From positions 1 through 38,441 of the IMG/VR virus record IMGVR_UViG_3300036771_000023: a DNA stretch of 38,441 nucleotides; one strand, given 5' to 3'. The notes under the pieces are model-generated. The model was not told the DNA's origin. It was given only the letters and a program-made list of their open reading frames with translations, and did no database searches. A program made the translations under genes and the position numbers. This DNA is from a virus. Taxonomy: Duplodnaviria; Caudoviricetes. Shown here piece after piece: positions 27,498 through 35,826 of the stretch; position 1 is the stretch's first letter, and each line of letters opens with the position of its first letter.

Positions 27498-27740
27498 ATG
27501 GCGGAGCCGGATCTTGGGTTGCTGCAGGTGATGGTGCAGCGGGTGCTGGACAAGTTGGGCGAGCACGACACCTGGCAGGCGGAGACGAGCAAGCGGCTGG
27601 TGGCGATCGAGCGGCATATCGCGGCGGTGCGGCGTGATGCGGTGCTGGACGGCGAGAGCGTGACGAACGTCGAGGAGCGGGTTGATGCGTTGTCGGCGCG
27701 GATTGCGCGGATCGAGCGGCGGCTGGAGCTTGCGGGCTGA
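27498..27740 (+). CDS. Coiled-coil hypothetical protein
   Basis: GGAG RBS; ends RIARIERRLELAG, a pattern common in small alphaproteobacterial coiled-coil proteins. Confidence 0.7.
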   Translation: MAEPDLGLLQVMVQRVLDKLGEHDTWQAETSKRLVAIERHIAAVRRDAVLDGESVTNVEERVDALSARIARIERRLELAG

Positions 27741-27925
27741 TGCGCCGCATCGGCGACCGGGCGCTGACGGCGGCGGAGCGGCAGGCCCGGCGGCACGCCA
27801 AGGCCGCTCAGAGGCTCCAGGACGCCCGCGCGGCGCTGGAGGCTGTGGTAGCCGCCAAGACGGCCCAGGAGGCGCGTAGCGTGGCCCTGAGGGCGCTAGC
27901 GGGCATGTCTGGCGAGCCGCGGTGA
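27740..27925 (+). CDS. Small basic protein, possibly DNA-binding
   Basis: TGATG coupling; IGDRALTAAERQARR motif. Confidence 0.65.
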   Translation: MRRIGDRALTAAERQARRHAKAAQRLQDARAALEAVVAAKTAQEARSVALRALAGMSGEPR

Positions 27926-27957
27926 TCATGCGGCGCTCCGGTCGTCGTTGGCGGTGT

Positions 27958-28097
27958 GCAGCACTTGCGCAGCACTTCCCGCAGCACTTCGGGGGGTGCA
28001 GCACTTCCCTTGCGCAGTTTTTATTGGCCCTTTAGGGCCAAAAGCTGCGCAAAGTGCCGCACCGAGCAACTGTTGCGCAGCACTTCCCGCAGCACTT
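27958..28097. repeat. Putative replication origin: six GCAGCACTT iterons plus central hairpin
   Basis: Copies at 27958, 27969, 27981, 27998, 28077, 28089; hairpin TTGGCCC-TTTA-GGGCCAA within TTGCGCAG...CTGCGCAA; directly after the helicase gene. Confidence 0.7.
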
Positions 28098-28113
28098 CTT
28101 GATGTTTTGTGCA

Positions 28114-29382
28114 TCAGTTTGGCCGTAGTTGTGGGTTAACGCGGACGCACGGAGAGGCGCGGCGATACACGGGATGCTGGTATTTGTCCTCGTACAGCGT
28201 GCCAGACTTCAACCATTGGTTGATTAGCTTCAGCGCCTGTTTTTCGCTGGTCTGGAACATTTCGCAGAGCACGTTGCCGCACCAGTTTTTGCCGCCGCCC
28301 TGTTTGGACGCGGTGTAGAGCAGGCCGTCTTTGCCGCTGGCGATGGCGTCCAGGGCGGCGTTGAGGTCGAGATTGGGAGCGGTGGCGAGTTCGTCCTCGG
28401 GCGGCGTCCAGGAGATGATGGAGGCGACATTGTCGCCGTTGGGGTAGAGATCGCTGCGGTTTCCGAGTTTGACCTCGCGCAGTCGGAACCACCTGGCCTT
28501 GCCGGCTGGCGCCATGTTGCGTTTAGCATCATCGAGCCTGACATAGCTGAGGCGGTCATCGTCGGTGATCTGGAACTGCTCAGCTTCTTCGGGCGACATG
28601 GTGGTCATGAGCAGGCCGACGCGGCCGCTGTCGGTGGTAGCCTTGGCGCCACGCGCTGCATCGATCGAGGTGCTGTCTCCCTTGCGGACATGGTGGACGA
28701 GCAGCACGGCGCATTCGGTTGCGCGTGCTATGCGCCGCCACGCTGCCATTGCTTGTATCATCTGAGGGTTAGAGTTTTCTTCTAAGGTGTGGCTTTCAGA
28801 AAACGGGTCGACCACAAGGAGCCCGATATCGTTTTCCCGGATCAGGTCAGCGAGCGCCTGTTCGTCGGGATTGGTAATACAGAACCCATCATCGTTGCGG
28901 GATTGGGAGGCGATGGTAAGGCCGTGGCCGTCGCAGTCTTCGAGAAACAGCCGACCAACGAGGCTTTCGCGGGGTATTTTGTAGTGTTTCTGGATGGCTG
29001 CGACGCGGCGTTCCAGCTCTTCCATCTGGTCGTCGAGATTGATGACGGCGACGTTGACGGGCACGAAGATATGGTCGCCGAGCAATGACCGATTGGCGGC
29101 CATCGACAGGGCGATCGCCAATGCATAGGTAGATTTGCCCGTGCCACCGGGGGCTACCAGGATGCTGACGGAACCACGGATGAGCTGGGTTCCGTAGAGC
29201 CACTGGCGCGGCGCAATGGTTTCTGGTTCTGGCAGCCGCGCTGGCCGCAACACCAGTTTGCCGTTGGTTTTCTGGTCATCATGCAGCTTGACCACCTTGC
29301 TGTCGTAGCGTTTGCGGATGGCCTGCTGAGCTTCGCTCTGCCGCTGGCGGGCGGCCTCATATTCAGAGAGTTCATCCGACAT
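28114..29382 (-). CDS. Replicative helicase (AAA_25 / RSF1010 RepA-like)
   Basis: PRQWL, APGGTGKS Walker A, LLVVDP Walker B, LVHHVRK, ARGA, KRN motifs. Confidence 0.85.
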   Translation of the reverse strand: MSDELSEYEAARQRQSEAQQAIRKRYDSKVVKLHDDQKTNGKLVLRPARLPEPETIAPRQWLYGTQLIRGSVSILVAPGGTGKSTYALAIALSMAANRSLLGDHIFVPVNVAVINLDDQMEELERRVAAIQKHYKIPRESLVGRLFLEDCDGHGLTIASQSRNDDGFCITNPDEQALADLIRENDIGLLVVDPFSESHTLEENSNPQMIQAMAAWRRIARATECAVLLVHHVRKGDSTSIDAARGAKATTDSGRVGLLMTTMSPEEAEQFQITDDDRLSYVRLDDAKRNMAPAGKARWFRLREVKLGNRSDLYPNGDNVASIISWTPPEDELATAPNLDLNAALDAIASGKDGLLYTASKQGGGKNWCGNVLCEMFQTSEKQALKLINQWLKSGTLYEDKYQHPVYRRASPCVRVNPQLRPN

Positions 29383-29779
29383 GGTGAAGCCTCCGCGATG
29401 CGTAGTTCATCTCGGTGTCGGCAATGTCGCTTACCTCATCCTCGGAGAGAGGGAAGCCAGCTTCGCCATTGACACCATGGGCTTCGGCTAGCACGGCATT
29501 GCTGCGTTTCTTGAGCGCGACCATGGCCTTTACCCGGCGTCGGATGCGGTGTGCGGCGAGGTCGCGGATCACCTGGCAGCGCTCCACTTCCTGGCGGAGC
29601 AGCCAGCGCTTGAAGCGCGCCACGTCGCAGGCATAGAGCGGGCCCAGCGCGCCGTCGCGCTCTTGCTGGAGGGTATCCACCCACAGCGCGGCGTCGGCGT
29701 GAGCGAGCGGGATTTCGCCCCTGGCGACGGGGCGGCCCATTTCGCGGGCGAGGCCATAGAGGTTGCGCGGCGCGGTCAT
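29372..29779 (-). CDS. Protein resembling a primase C-terminal helical-bundle domain
   Basis: RNLYGLAREMGRPVARGEIP...A..AL and PLSEDEV..IA motifs; directly upstream of the helicase. Confidence 0.45.
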   Translation of the reverse strand: MTAPRNLYGLAREMGRPVARGEIPLAHADAALWVDTLQQERDGALGPLYACDVARFKRWLLRQEVERCQVIRDLAAHRIRRRVKAMVALKKRSNAVLAEAHGVNGEAGFPLSEDEVSDIADTEMNYASRRLHHVG

Positions 29780-29973
29780 GAGACGCCACGGCGTGCGTGC
29801 GAGCATGCGTACCCCCTTGCGGGCCGGGAGCGCATATGCGAAATAGGTGGCGGACACCTTCCTATTCCGCACTGGCTCCCCAGCCAGTCATTACAATCAC
29901 AGTAGCCGCTCGGTTCCCGCCGGGCGGCTTCGCTGTGTATGCACGATTCGATGCGGTGCCGCCAGCCGGTCAT
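29776..29973 (-). CDS. Cys-rich hypothetical protein
   Basis: ATGA-coupled at both ends. Confidence 0.4.
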   Translation of the reverse strand: MTGWRHRIESCIHSEAARREPSGYCDCNDWLGSQCGIGRCPPPISHMRSRPARGYACSHARRGVS

Positions 29974-30215
29974 CCCGCCGCCTCCGCATTCGGCAGCGCC
30001 GGCTTGGTTTCCGCCGCCTGTGGGGGCGCACCAGCGGGGACAGACGGCGGGCCGCCCAGCACAAGGTCCGCGTGGTTGCACGCCGCCAGCAGGCTCGCCA
30101 GCAGGCGCGGCGGCACGTCCAGGCGCAGGTCCAGCCGGGTGTGCACCGCCGCGGCCTGGTCGCGTAACTCACGCAGGGCGGCTTGGAGCAGCGCGATGCG
30201 CACGGTGGGGGTCAT
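29970..30215 (-). CDS. Hypothetical protein
   Basis: ATGA coupling; GAGGAG RBS. Confidence 0.55.
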   Translation of the reverse strand: MTPTVRIALLQAALRELRDQAAAVHTRLDLRLDVPPRLLASLLAACNHADLVLGGPPSVPAGAPPQAAETKPALPNAEAAG

Positions 30216-30433
30216 CCCGCCGGCTCCTCGGCGCGCGGCCCGTCGATCGTGGCGATGTGCAGCGCCGCCGGGGTCGGGCCGAGACGGCCCTCGAGCCGGT
30301 ATTCGCGCGTCGCCGGGTCCAGCGTGCCGCGCAGCTCGATGCGCCAGCCGAACGGGTCAGCGATGAACCCGACCACCGTGTTGGGCTCGGTGCCCTTGGT
30401 GAGCGTGCCGGTGTATTGCGGGGCGGCGGTCAT
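30212..30433 (-). CDS. Hypothetical protein
   Basis: Start MTAAPQY, ATGA-coupled. Confidence 0.55.
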   Translation of the reverse strand: MTAAPQYTGTLTKGTEPNTVVGFIADPFGWRIELRGTLDPATREYRLEGRLGPTPAALHIATIDGPRAEEPAG

Positions 30434-30879
30434 GCGGCGCGGCCCCCACGTCTGCCGTGCCATGCCCGCAGCGCATCGGCGTGCTTCAGCAACGCCTCGC
30501 CACCACGCCGCATCCGCATCTCGTTCCACTCCACGTCATCGTCGGTCATCAGATCGCGCAGCACATACACCGGCTCGTCGCCGGGTTGCGTCCGCCGCGG
30601 ATAGCGAAGCTGCAGCGTGTCGGGGAAGTCGAACTCGTCCTGCCCGCTGATAACGTCGTGCATGATCGCATTCGGATCGTGCCGCTTGCGTAGTTCCTGC
30701 CGCGCCATCTGGCGGATTTGCAGATGACAGCCGGCATAGCCGAGATGGTGCAGCGCCGGCTTGAAGTGGATCTCGCACATCACATGCGTGGCGATCCAGG
30801 TTGGGCTGACTGTTGCCGCGTGCTGCTGTCTTTCGATGACCGAACGTGTCACGGCATAGAGTTCTTCCTCTGCGCTCAT
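30430..30879 (-). CDS. Hypothetical protein
   Basis: Start MSAEEELY with GGGGAG RBS; LQLRYP...L..HADAL pattern. Confidence 0.6.
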   Translation of the reverse strand: MSAEEELYAVTRSVIERQQHAATVSPTWIATHVMCEIHFKPALHHLGYAGCHLQIRQMARQELRKRHDPNAIMHDVISGQDEFDFPDTLQLRYPRRTQPGDEPVYVLRDLMTDDDVEWNEMRMRRGGEALLKHADALRAWHGRRGGRAA

Positions 30880-31472
30880 TTGATTCTCCCCAGCCATTCG
30901 GCGACTCTCGGCGCCAGCGCCTTGGTGGTCTCCTGCATGTGCTCGAACATCTCGGCGACCATCTCGGGAGGATCGGCCGCGAGCACGCCCATGCGCTCGA
31001 AGTCCTGTAGCCGCCCCCACAGCCACAATGCGCGGTCATCCATCTGGCGCTGCTTGGGTGCTGTGTGCGCAGCGATGATGCCGCCGGTTGTCGGATGCTC
31101 GGTCTGCAACGAGACTTCAAAGTCGCCGTCAGGAACCCTTGCGAGTTGCTGCCACTGCGCTGATTGATTGCGGGATATGCCAAGATCGGCCAGCGTTTTG
31201 GACCCGTCAGTTCGCTCAACTGGTCCAGTGTGCTGATTGCCGGGGGCGCCCTTCGCCTTGTCCAACTGCGCCAGCAACTGCCCCGCCTTGCGCTCGGCCC
31301 GCAGCCGGATCTCGCACGCCTGGCGCTCTGCCTCGGTGTTCTTCGCCAGCCGGAAATACGCCTCCATCGCGCGCGCCTTGTCGCGAATGTCCTTCACCTC
31401 ATCCACCTCATACGACGAAGCAATCGCACTACACATCGCGTCGTAACGGACGAGTTGCGTTGTTTCGCTCAT
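30876..31472 (-). CDS. Conserved phage protein resembling the N-terminal region of phage DNA methyltransferases (no MTase domain)
   Basis: LVRYDAMC...VDEVKDIRDKA...IRLRAERKAGQLL...TLADLGISRNQS..WQ.LA.VP...FE. Confidence 0.6.
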   Translation of the reverse strand: MSETTQLVRYDAMCSAIASSYEVDEVKDIRDKARAMEAYFRLAKNTEAERQACEIRLRAERKAGQLLAQLDKAKGAPGNQHTGPVERTDGSKTLADLGISRNQSAQWQQLARVPDGDFEVSLQTEHPTTGGIIAAHTAPKQRQMDDRALWLWGRLQDFERMGVLAADPPEMVAEMFEHMQETTKALAPRVAEWLGRIK

Positions 31473-31873
31473 GACATCGCCGCCCGCAGCGGCACGCCGA
31501 GTTCCCGCAGCGCGTTCTCCACGCCCTCGAGCGAGCGGCACACCAGCACCGTGCAGCCGCAGTAACCCAGCTTGCGATGCATTTGCCGCTGCGCTTCGCT
31601 GAGCACGCCGCGCGCGGTTTTCAACTCGATGAAGATCGTGGTGCCGCGATACACCACGCACAGGTCTGGCAGGCCGGCACGGACGCCCTGGCCGACCAGG
31701 CGCGCTGCCGCCTTGCTGTGCCGCTTGCCGCCGTTCGGTACGGCATAATACTCAGCATCCGCCGGTAGTGACCAACGTAGATACTGGCAGACATCTCGCT
31801 GCAGATCGTCCTCGTCGTGCCGCCGCACGGGGCGCACCTCGAGCGGCAGCGATGCGGTGACGACGCCGGTCAC
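31469..31873 (-). CDS. VRR-NUC domain nuclease
   Basis: EDDLQ...VPNGGKR...GVRAGLPDL...FIELKT..G.LSEAQ motif; GTG start. Confidence 0.85.
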   Translation of the reverse strand: MTGVVTASLPLEVRPVRRHDEDDLQRDVCQYLRWSLPADAEYYAVPNGGKRHSKAAARLVGQGVRAGLPDLCVVYRGTTIFIELKTARGVLSEAQRQMHRKLGYCGCTVLVCRSLEGVENALRELGVPLRAAMS

Positions 31874-32154
31874 CACAGCAGCGGCCCTCCGCGATACAGC
31901 GGCGCCGTGGCGCGCTCGGCCCGCGCTGCCGCGATCTCGGCTGCGAGCGCACGGGTAGCTGCGGCACGCCCCTGCGGGTTCGGCGCCGGCTTCGGGCCAG
32001 GTCGCGCGGTGCCGCGCTTGCGCAGCAGCGACACCTGATTCTCGATCGCCTTGCGCGTGCGCCCGAACCGCTCGGCCAGCGCCGCTGTGGGCAGCGTGTC
32101 GGCCAGCCGCAGCAGCCGCAGCCGCTCCGCCCCGGTCCATGGCCGGCGGGTCAC
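31870..32154 (-). CDS. Myb/HTH-like DNA-binding protein
   Basis: RPWTGAE...L...LAERFGRTRKAI; GTGA coupling; GGAGG RBS. Confidence 0.65.
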   Translation of the reverse strand: MTRRPWTGAERLRLLRLADTLPTAALAERFGRTRKAIENQVSLLRKRGTARPGPKPAPNPQGRAAATRALAAEIAAARAERATAPLYRGGPLLW

Positions 32155-32576
32155 GCCGCCACCTCCGCATGCCAGCGCGGGCGGTAATAGCAGCGCCCAT
32201 AATGGTCCGCGCAGTAGACGCTCTGCGGCACCACCGGCGCGTCGCAGAACCGCCAAGTCCGCCGATCGTCGCCCGTGATCCATTGGCAGCCGTGGAAGCG
32301 CCTCGTCGGCACCGCGAGCGGCGCGGGGTTACACGCCTCGCGGCGCGGCCCACGCGGCGGCTTGGGAGCCGCTACAGCGGGCGCAGGCGGCGGCGCAGGC
32401 CTCGGTGGCGGGCGCGGATGCGGCCCCCAGCCGTGCCGGTGCGCGTAGCCCACGATCGCGTCGGACGTGGTGCCGACCGCGCGGCCGATGACAGCGGTGT
32501 GCGCACCGGCGTCCCACATCTCACGCGCCCGCTCGGCGCCGCCCATCGTGGTCCAGACCGCGGGGTGGGCGGTCAC
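32151..32576 (-). CDS. gcrA: GcrA-like transcriptional regulator
   Basis: N-terminal W...MWDAG...IG...G.T..AIVG.AHR HTH; Pro linker; C-terminal CQW..GD....FC.......YC..H...Y. Confidence 0.7.
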   Translation of the reverse strand: MTAHPAVWTTMGGAERAREMWDAGAHTAVIGRAVGTTSDAIVGYAHRHGWGPHPRPPPRPAPPPAPAVAAPKPPRGPRREACNPAPLAVPTRRFHGCQWITGDDRRTWRFCDAPVVPQSVYCADHYGRCYYRPRWHAEVAA

Positions 32577-32713
32577 GAAGCGACTCGCTTGCTTGCGAAT
32601 CTGCAAGGGGATACAGTCGGGCCGGCGCGGCGCGTAAACGCCACGACCGGCCCTAACCACCACCGAGCGAATGGGAGCTCGACGATGGCTGCAGCACCCC
32701 TAGCACATCGCAT
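32573..32713 (-). CDS. Possible 46-aa ORF (not in ORF track)
   Basis: MRCARGAAAIVELPF...KRVAS*; GGGGGA upstream; GTGA overlap with the gcrA-like start. Confidence 0.3.
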   Translation of the reverse strand: MRCARGAAAIVELPFARWWLGPVVAFTRRAGPTVSPCRFASKRVAS

Positions 32714-32821
32714 TGAGTCGTTCCCCCGGTTGTGCGCGCCTGCCCGGCACGCAACTGACGCGTTACGGTGGCGGCATCGGCGTGGTGGTGGCTGTGGCGT
32801 GGAGGCGCACGGGCATCGGCG

Positions 32822-33016
32822 CTACGCCGCTACTTTGGGCGGTTCGGACGCGGCCTCGAGCCGGCGGTACACGTCGAGCCTCGGCTCGGTGTCCCCAGAG
32901 CGCCAGCGGTAGAACGTGGACAACGCGATCCCCGCCCGTTCGCAAAGCTCGACCAGCGAGAGCCCAGCTTCCTTGGCTCGGGCCTCGATCTGTGCAGGTG
33001 TGAGCAGCCCGGTCAT
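32822..33016 (-). CDS. Cro-like XRE HTH repressor
   Basis: GLSLVELCERAGIALSTFYRWRSGDTEP; divergent from the CI-like gene. Confidence 0.85.
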   Translation of the reverse strand: MTGLLTPAQIEARAKEAGLSLVELCERAGIALSTFYRWRSGDTEPRLDVYRRLEAASEPPKVAA

Positions 33017-33022
33017 GGACGC

Positions 33023-33067
33023 AGTCTATTTGCAGGAATGCACATCCGTCAATAGCAGTCTTGCACC
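33023..33067 (-). promoter_or_regulatory. cro promoter and operators
   Basis: TTGACG (33052-33047), 18 nt, TAGACT (33028-33023); operator-like TTTGCA-N4-TGCACA (33029-33044) and ATAGCA-N4-TGCACC (33052-33067). Confidence 0.65.
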
Positions 33068-33104
33068 GCGACGAATCCCAGCCGGATATGCGTTATTCCG
33101 CGAC

Positions 33105-33578
33105 GTGATCGCGCGCGACAGAAAAACTGTGAGGGATTTTTTGCTGGAGGCAGCGAAGCATGCCGGCACGGACCTGTCCGGCCTGGCGCGTCGCGCTGGG
33201 TTGTCCCCGTCCACACTGACGCGCTTCGTCAACGGCGAGTCAAAATATCTCCCCACCACGCGGACGCTGGCGAAGATCGCCGAAGCGAGCGGCTACGGCA
33301 CGCCGACGCTGGGTCGGCCAGATCGCAGGCAATTCCTCGAAGCTTTCCAGAAATTCGCGGCCGAGCTGGGCGTTAATCTAGCCGAAGCTGCGATACTCGC
33401 TGGCGCAGACCGGGCACGTCTTCGTCGCACCGCCGAGTGGATTGCGATGATTGATCGGCTGGACGCTGCCACCGAGCGCCGCGCGTTCGACCTGCTCCGG
33501 GGCATGACCGACGCTCCGGGCGCGGCTGAGAAGGAGGCCAACCCACGCGAAGCTCGCCGGGGTAGGGTGAGCGCCTAA
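33105..33578 (+). CDS. CI-like XRE HTH repressor (no S24 peptidase domain)
   Basis: LSGLARRAGLSPSTLTRFVNG....PTTRTLAKIA; probable GTG start at 33105. Confidence 0.75.
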   Translation: MIARDRKTVRDFLLEAAKHAGTDLSGLARRAGLSPSTLTRFVNGESKYLPTTRTLAKIAEASGYGTPTLGRPDRRQFLEAFQKFAAELGVNLAEAAILAGADRARLRRTAEWIAMIDRLDAATERRAFDLLRGMTDAPGAAEKEANPREARRGRVSA

Positions 33579-33610
33579 CTGTCGGCCAATCCGACGAAAT
33601 CGCGAAATCG

Positions 33611-33662
33611 GTAGCTTTTCTGCAAATACCGCTGGACTATCGTTTGCAGTTGTGCAAATAAT
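33611..33662 (+). promoter_or_regulatory. Early promoter with operators
   Basis: Perfect TTTGCA-GTTG-TGCAAA (33643-33658), degenerate copy 33611-33626; TGGACT...AATAAT hexamers. Confidence 0.6.
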
Positions 33663-33692
33663 GCCTCCGTCATCTGACGAGAGGCTTTCATT

Positions 33693-34355
33693 ATGTTCCG
33701 CGATTACGACGAGACGGTTCGGCACGGCGACCACCTCCCCTGTGTTACCGACGGGAGCGTAGATAGCCGCCTGCCTCCCGAACCGCGAATTGTGGCACTC
33801 CCGTGTCGGCTGTCCAGTGATTTTACGCTGCACGATCAGACCGATAGCGCCGCATCGTTAACCGCGCGTGACAGCCAACAGGTTGGCGCGTCACCCTCGC
33901 ATAATATCGGAACGGACGAGCAACCCGAGGCGGTGTGCGGCGCCTGTCTGGGCACCGGCCAGCACGCCCACTTCATGGGCCTGTGCAGCCACTGCGGCGG
34001 CACCGGCAAAGTAGCACCGCCCCCGGCACCGAAACCCGGTGTCTCCGAGCTGGTGCACGCCGCGATCCACGACACCGATTTCCTTGGCGACCTGACCGAC
34101 GATCAGCACCTGCTCTGCGCCGCGGTCGAGAACGCGGTCGACATGGCGGCCGACGCATGGAGCGACGCGCACGACGGCGAGCCGGTGCCGCTCGACACGA
34201 TCATCCTCGCTCGCGCGGCACTGCTCGCGGAGGCGCAGGACATGCTGGTGGACCGCGCCGAGGCTGCCGCAGACGCGCTGCTCGACGCGATGGAGGCCGG
34301 CGATCTCGACCACGACGGGGCGGCGATTTCCTATCCCCGCTATCACGGAGTTTAG
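33693..34355 (+). CDS. Hypothetical protein with DnaJ-type CxxCxGxG zinc finger
   Basis: CGACLGTG...CSHCGGTG; GAGAGG RBS. Confidence 0.55.
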   Translation: MFRDYDETVRHGDHLPCVTDGSVDSRLPPEPRIVALPCRLSSDFTLHDQTDSAASLTARDSQQVGASPSHNIGTDEQPEAVCGACLGTGQHAHFMGLCSHCGGTGKVAPPPAPKPGVSELVHAAIHDTDFLGDLTDDQHLLCAAVENAVDMAADAWSDAHDGEPVPLDTIILARAALLAEAQDMLVDRAEAAADALLDAMEAGDLDHDGAAISYPRYHGV

Positions 34356-34357
34356 CC

Positions 34358-34534
34358 ATGAACATCGTCGTGCACGAGGACGACACCGGCTACGCGCCCG
34401 CATCCGAGCGGTACTACGCGATCGATGCCGACACCTACTGCGGTTGCCCGGACTGTCACTGCCCGGTCGGCACCGGCGCCACGCCCGCAGCGGCCGAGGC
34501 GGACCTGCTGGAACTCATGGAGGACACGCCATGA
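34358..34534 (+). CDS. Hypothetical protein
   Basis: GGAG RBS; MNIVVHEDD...AIDADTYCGCPDC..PVGTGAT...A.ADL. Confidence 0.6.
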   Translation: MNIVVHEDDTGYAPASERYYAIDADTYCGCPDCHCPVGTGATPAAAEADLLELMEDTP

Positions 34535-34725
34535 CCGAGTTTTATCCGTGCGACGCCTGTGGGCGCCTCACCGACCGCCTGCACTACCTCATCGCGACCG
34601 GCCTCGACACCGCCGTCTGCGATCAGTGCGCTGGCTATGACGCCGAAGCCGCCGACGAAGCGTGGCCACCCCGCTACCGCGACGAATACCCCGAGGGAGA
34701 TCCGCCCGATGACCCACCGTTCTGA
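34531..34725 (+). CDS. Small zinc-finger protein
   Basis: GGAGG RBS; CDACG...CDQC. Confidence 0.55.
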   Translation: MTEFYPCDACGRLTDRLHYLIATGLDTAVCDQCAGYDAEAADEAWPPRYRDEYPEGDPPDDPPF

Positions 34726-34969
34726 CGAGTTCATCGACCACGCCGCCGGCCCGATGCGCGTATCCGGCGCCGCCCACGTCGCCCCGACCCTCACCGACGC
34801 CGACCGCGAGACGATCCACCGCATCGCGTCCGAGCGCTACGCCGTCGAGCTGCGCTGGGCGCTGCAAGACGCGGTGAGCGGCGCGTCGCACTGGCGCATC
34901 GAGGCCCGCGCGCTGCTGGCACGGATCGACGAGGGCGAACTGCCCGAGCCACCGAGACCATGGAGATGA
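34709..34969 (+). CDS. Hypothetical protein
   Basis: GGGAG RBS; start MTHRSDEF. Confidence 0.5.
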   Translation: MTHRSDEFIDHAAGPMRVSGAAHVAPTLTDADRETIHRIASERYAVELRWALQDAVSGASHWRIEARALLARIDEGELPEPPRPWR

Positions 34970-35199
34970 ACATGCGACAGGAAATCTACGCCTCGATCCG
35001 GGTCGAACTGCCCGAAGACGCGACCGAAAGCGCCCAGCGGCTTGCCGGGATCGCGCGCGTCTGGGCCGACATGATCGAGCAACTCGGTGGCCTCGACGGC
35101 GTGCAGTCCTCGGTGAGCATCTCCGAGGTGCGCACGCCGCGTAAGCAGCGCTCGCCGAACAAGCCGCGCCTGGTGACGCCGCCGCAGGATGCCGCGTGA
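34960..35199 (+). CDS. Hypothetical protein
   Basis: Operon position; the true start may be 34966 or 34972. Confidence 0.55.
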   Translation: MEMNMRQEIYASIRVELPEDATESAQRLAGIARVWADMIEQLGGLDGVQSSVSISEVRTPRKQRSPNKPRLVTPPQDAA

Positions 35200-35357
35200 T
35201 GAACACGCCCGCTTACCCTGAGCAAACCCGAGCGCTCGCCGAGTGGTTCCTGGGTGTCGATGCGCCCGAGGAAGACAAGCACGACCTGGCGCTCACCATC
35301 CAGCACGCGATTGAGCACTGGAGGGTGACGCCGGAACACGGGGACAACGCAGCATGA
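35199..35357 (+). CDS. Small hypothetical protein (not in ORF track)
   Basis: MNTPAYPEQTRALAEWFL...LALTIQHAIEHW...DNAA*; coupled at both ends. Confidence 0.55.
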   Translation: MNTPAYPEQTRALAEWFLGVDAPEEDKHDLALTIQHAIEHWRVTPEHGDNAA

Positions 35358-35815
35358 GTCACGCTGACATCATCGCAGCAGCCCTGCGCGAGCGCGTGGC
35401 GGCGATCGCCCAGAGCGTCGGCACCGCCGGGCGCGGCTTCACCCGCGCCGTCCAGGGCGTCGCAGTAGCCACCGATGTGGAGGAGGTGATGCGGGCCGCC
35501 CTCATCGCTGTGGACGCAGCGCGCGCGCTGCACAAGGCAGCCGACACCGCAGTGGAGGACGCGACCGCAGCGCTCGCCGAGGCCATAGAGTCCAGCGGCA
35601 TCCCCTCGGTGCAGACCGAGCACCTCACCGCGTTTCTGAAACGGCAGCAGGCGTTTGTGAACATCTCAGATGAGGCGCTGATTCCGAAGCATTATTACAC
35701 CGAGACGTTGGACAAGCGCGCTCTGAAATCGGCCCTCGTCGATGGGCTCGAGGTGCCAGGCGCATCGCTCGCCACCCGCAACGCCAGAACGCTCGCCATC
35801 CGCGCGCGGAACTAG
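35354..35815 (+). CDS. Siphovirus Gp157-like protein
   Basis: V.I.DEALIP..Y....LDK..LK.AL..G.EVPGASL.....L.IR; upstream of the recombinase. Confidence 0.75.
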   Translation: MSHADIIAAALRERVAAIAQSVGTAGRGFTRAVQGVAVATDVEEVMRAALIAVDAARALHKAADTAVEDATAALAEAIESSGIPSVQTEHLTAFLKRQQAFVNISDEALIPKHYYTETLDKRALKSALVDGLEVPGASLATRNARTLAIRARN

Positions 35816-35826
35816 GAGACCACACC

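Noticed and set aside
27958-28097. Possible mini-CRISPR, or the 27926-28114 ORF
   Set aside because: 9-bp repeats with irregular short spacing fit iterons; the ORF merely translates the repeats
29970-35357. Many genes ending in ...AA* or ...AG* (EVAA, KVAA, GRAA, QDAA, DNAA, EPAG)
   Set aside because: Largely explained by the overlapping GGAGG/GCGGC-ATGA coupling sequence; a ClpXP-type degron cannot be supported from sequence alone
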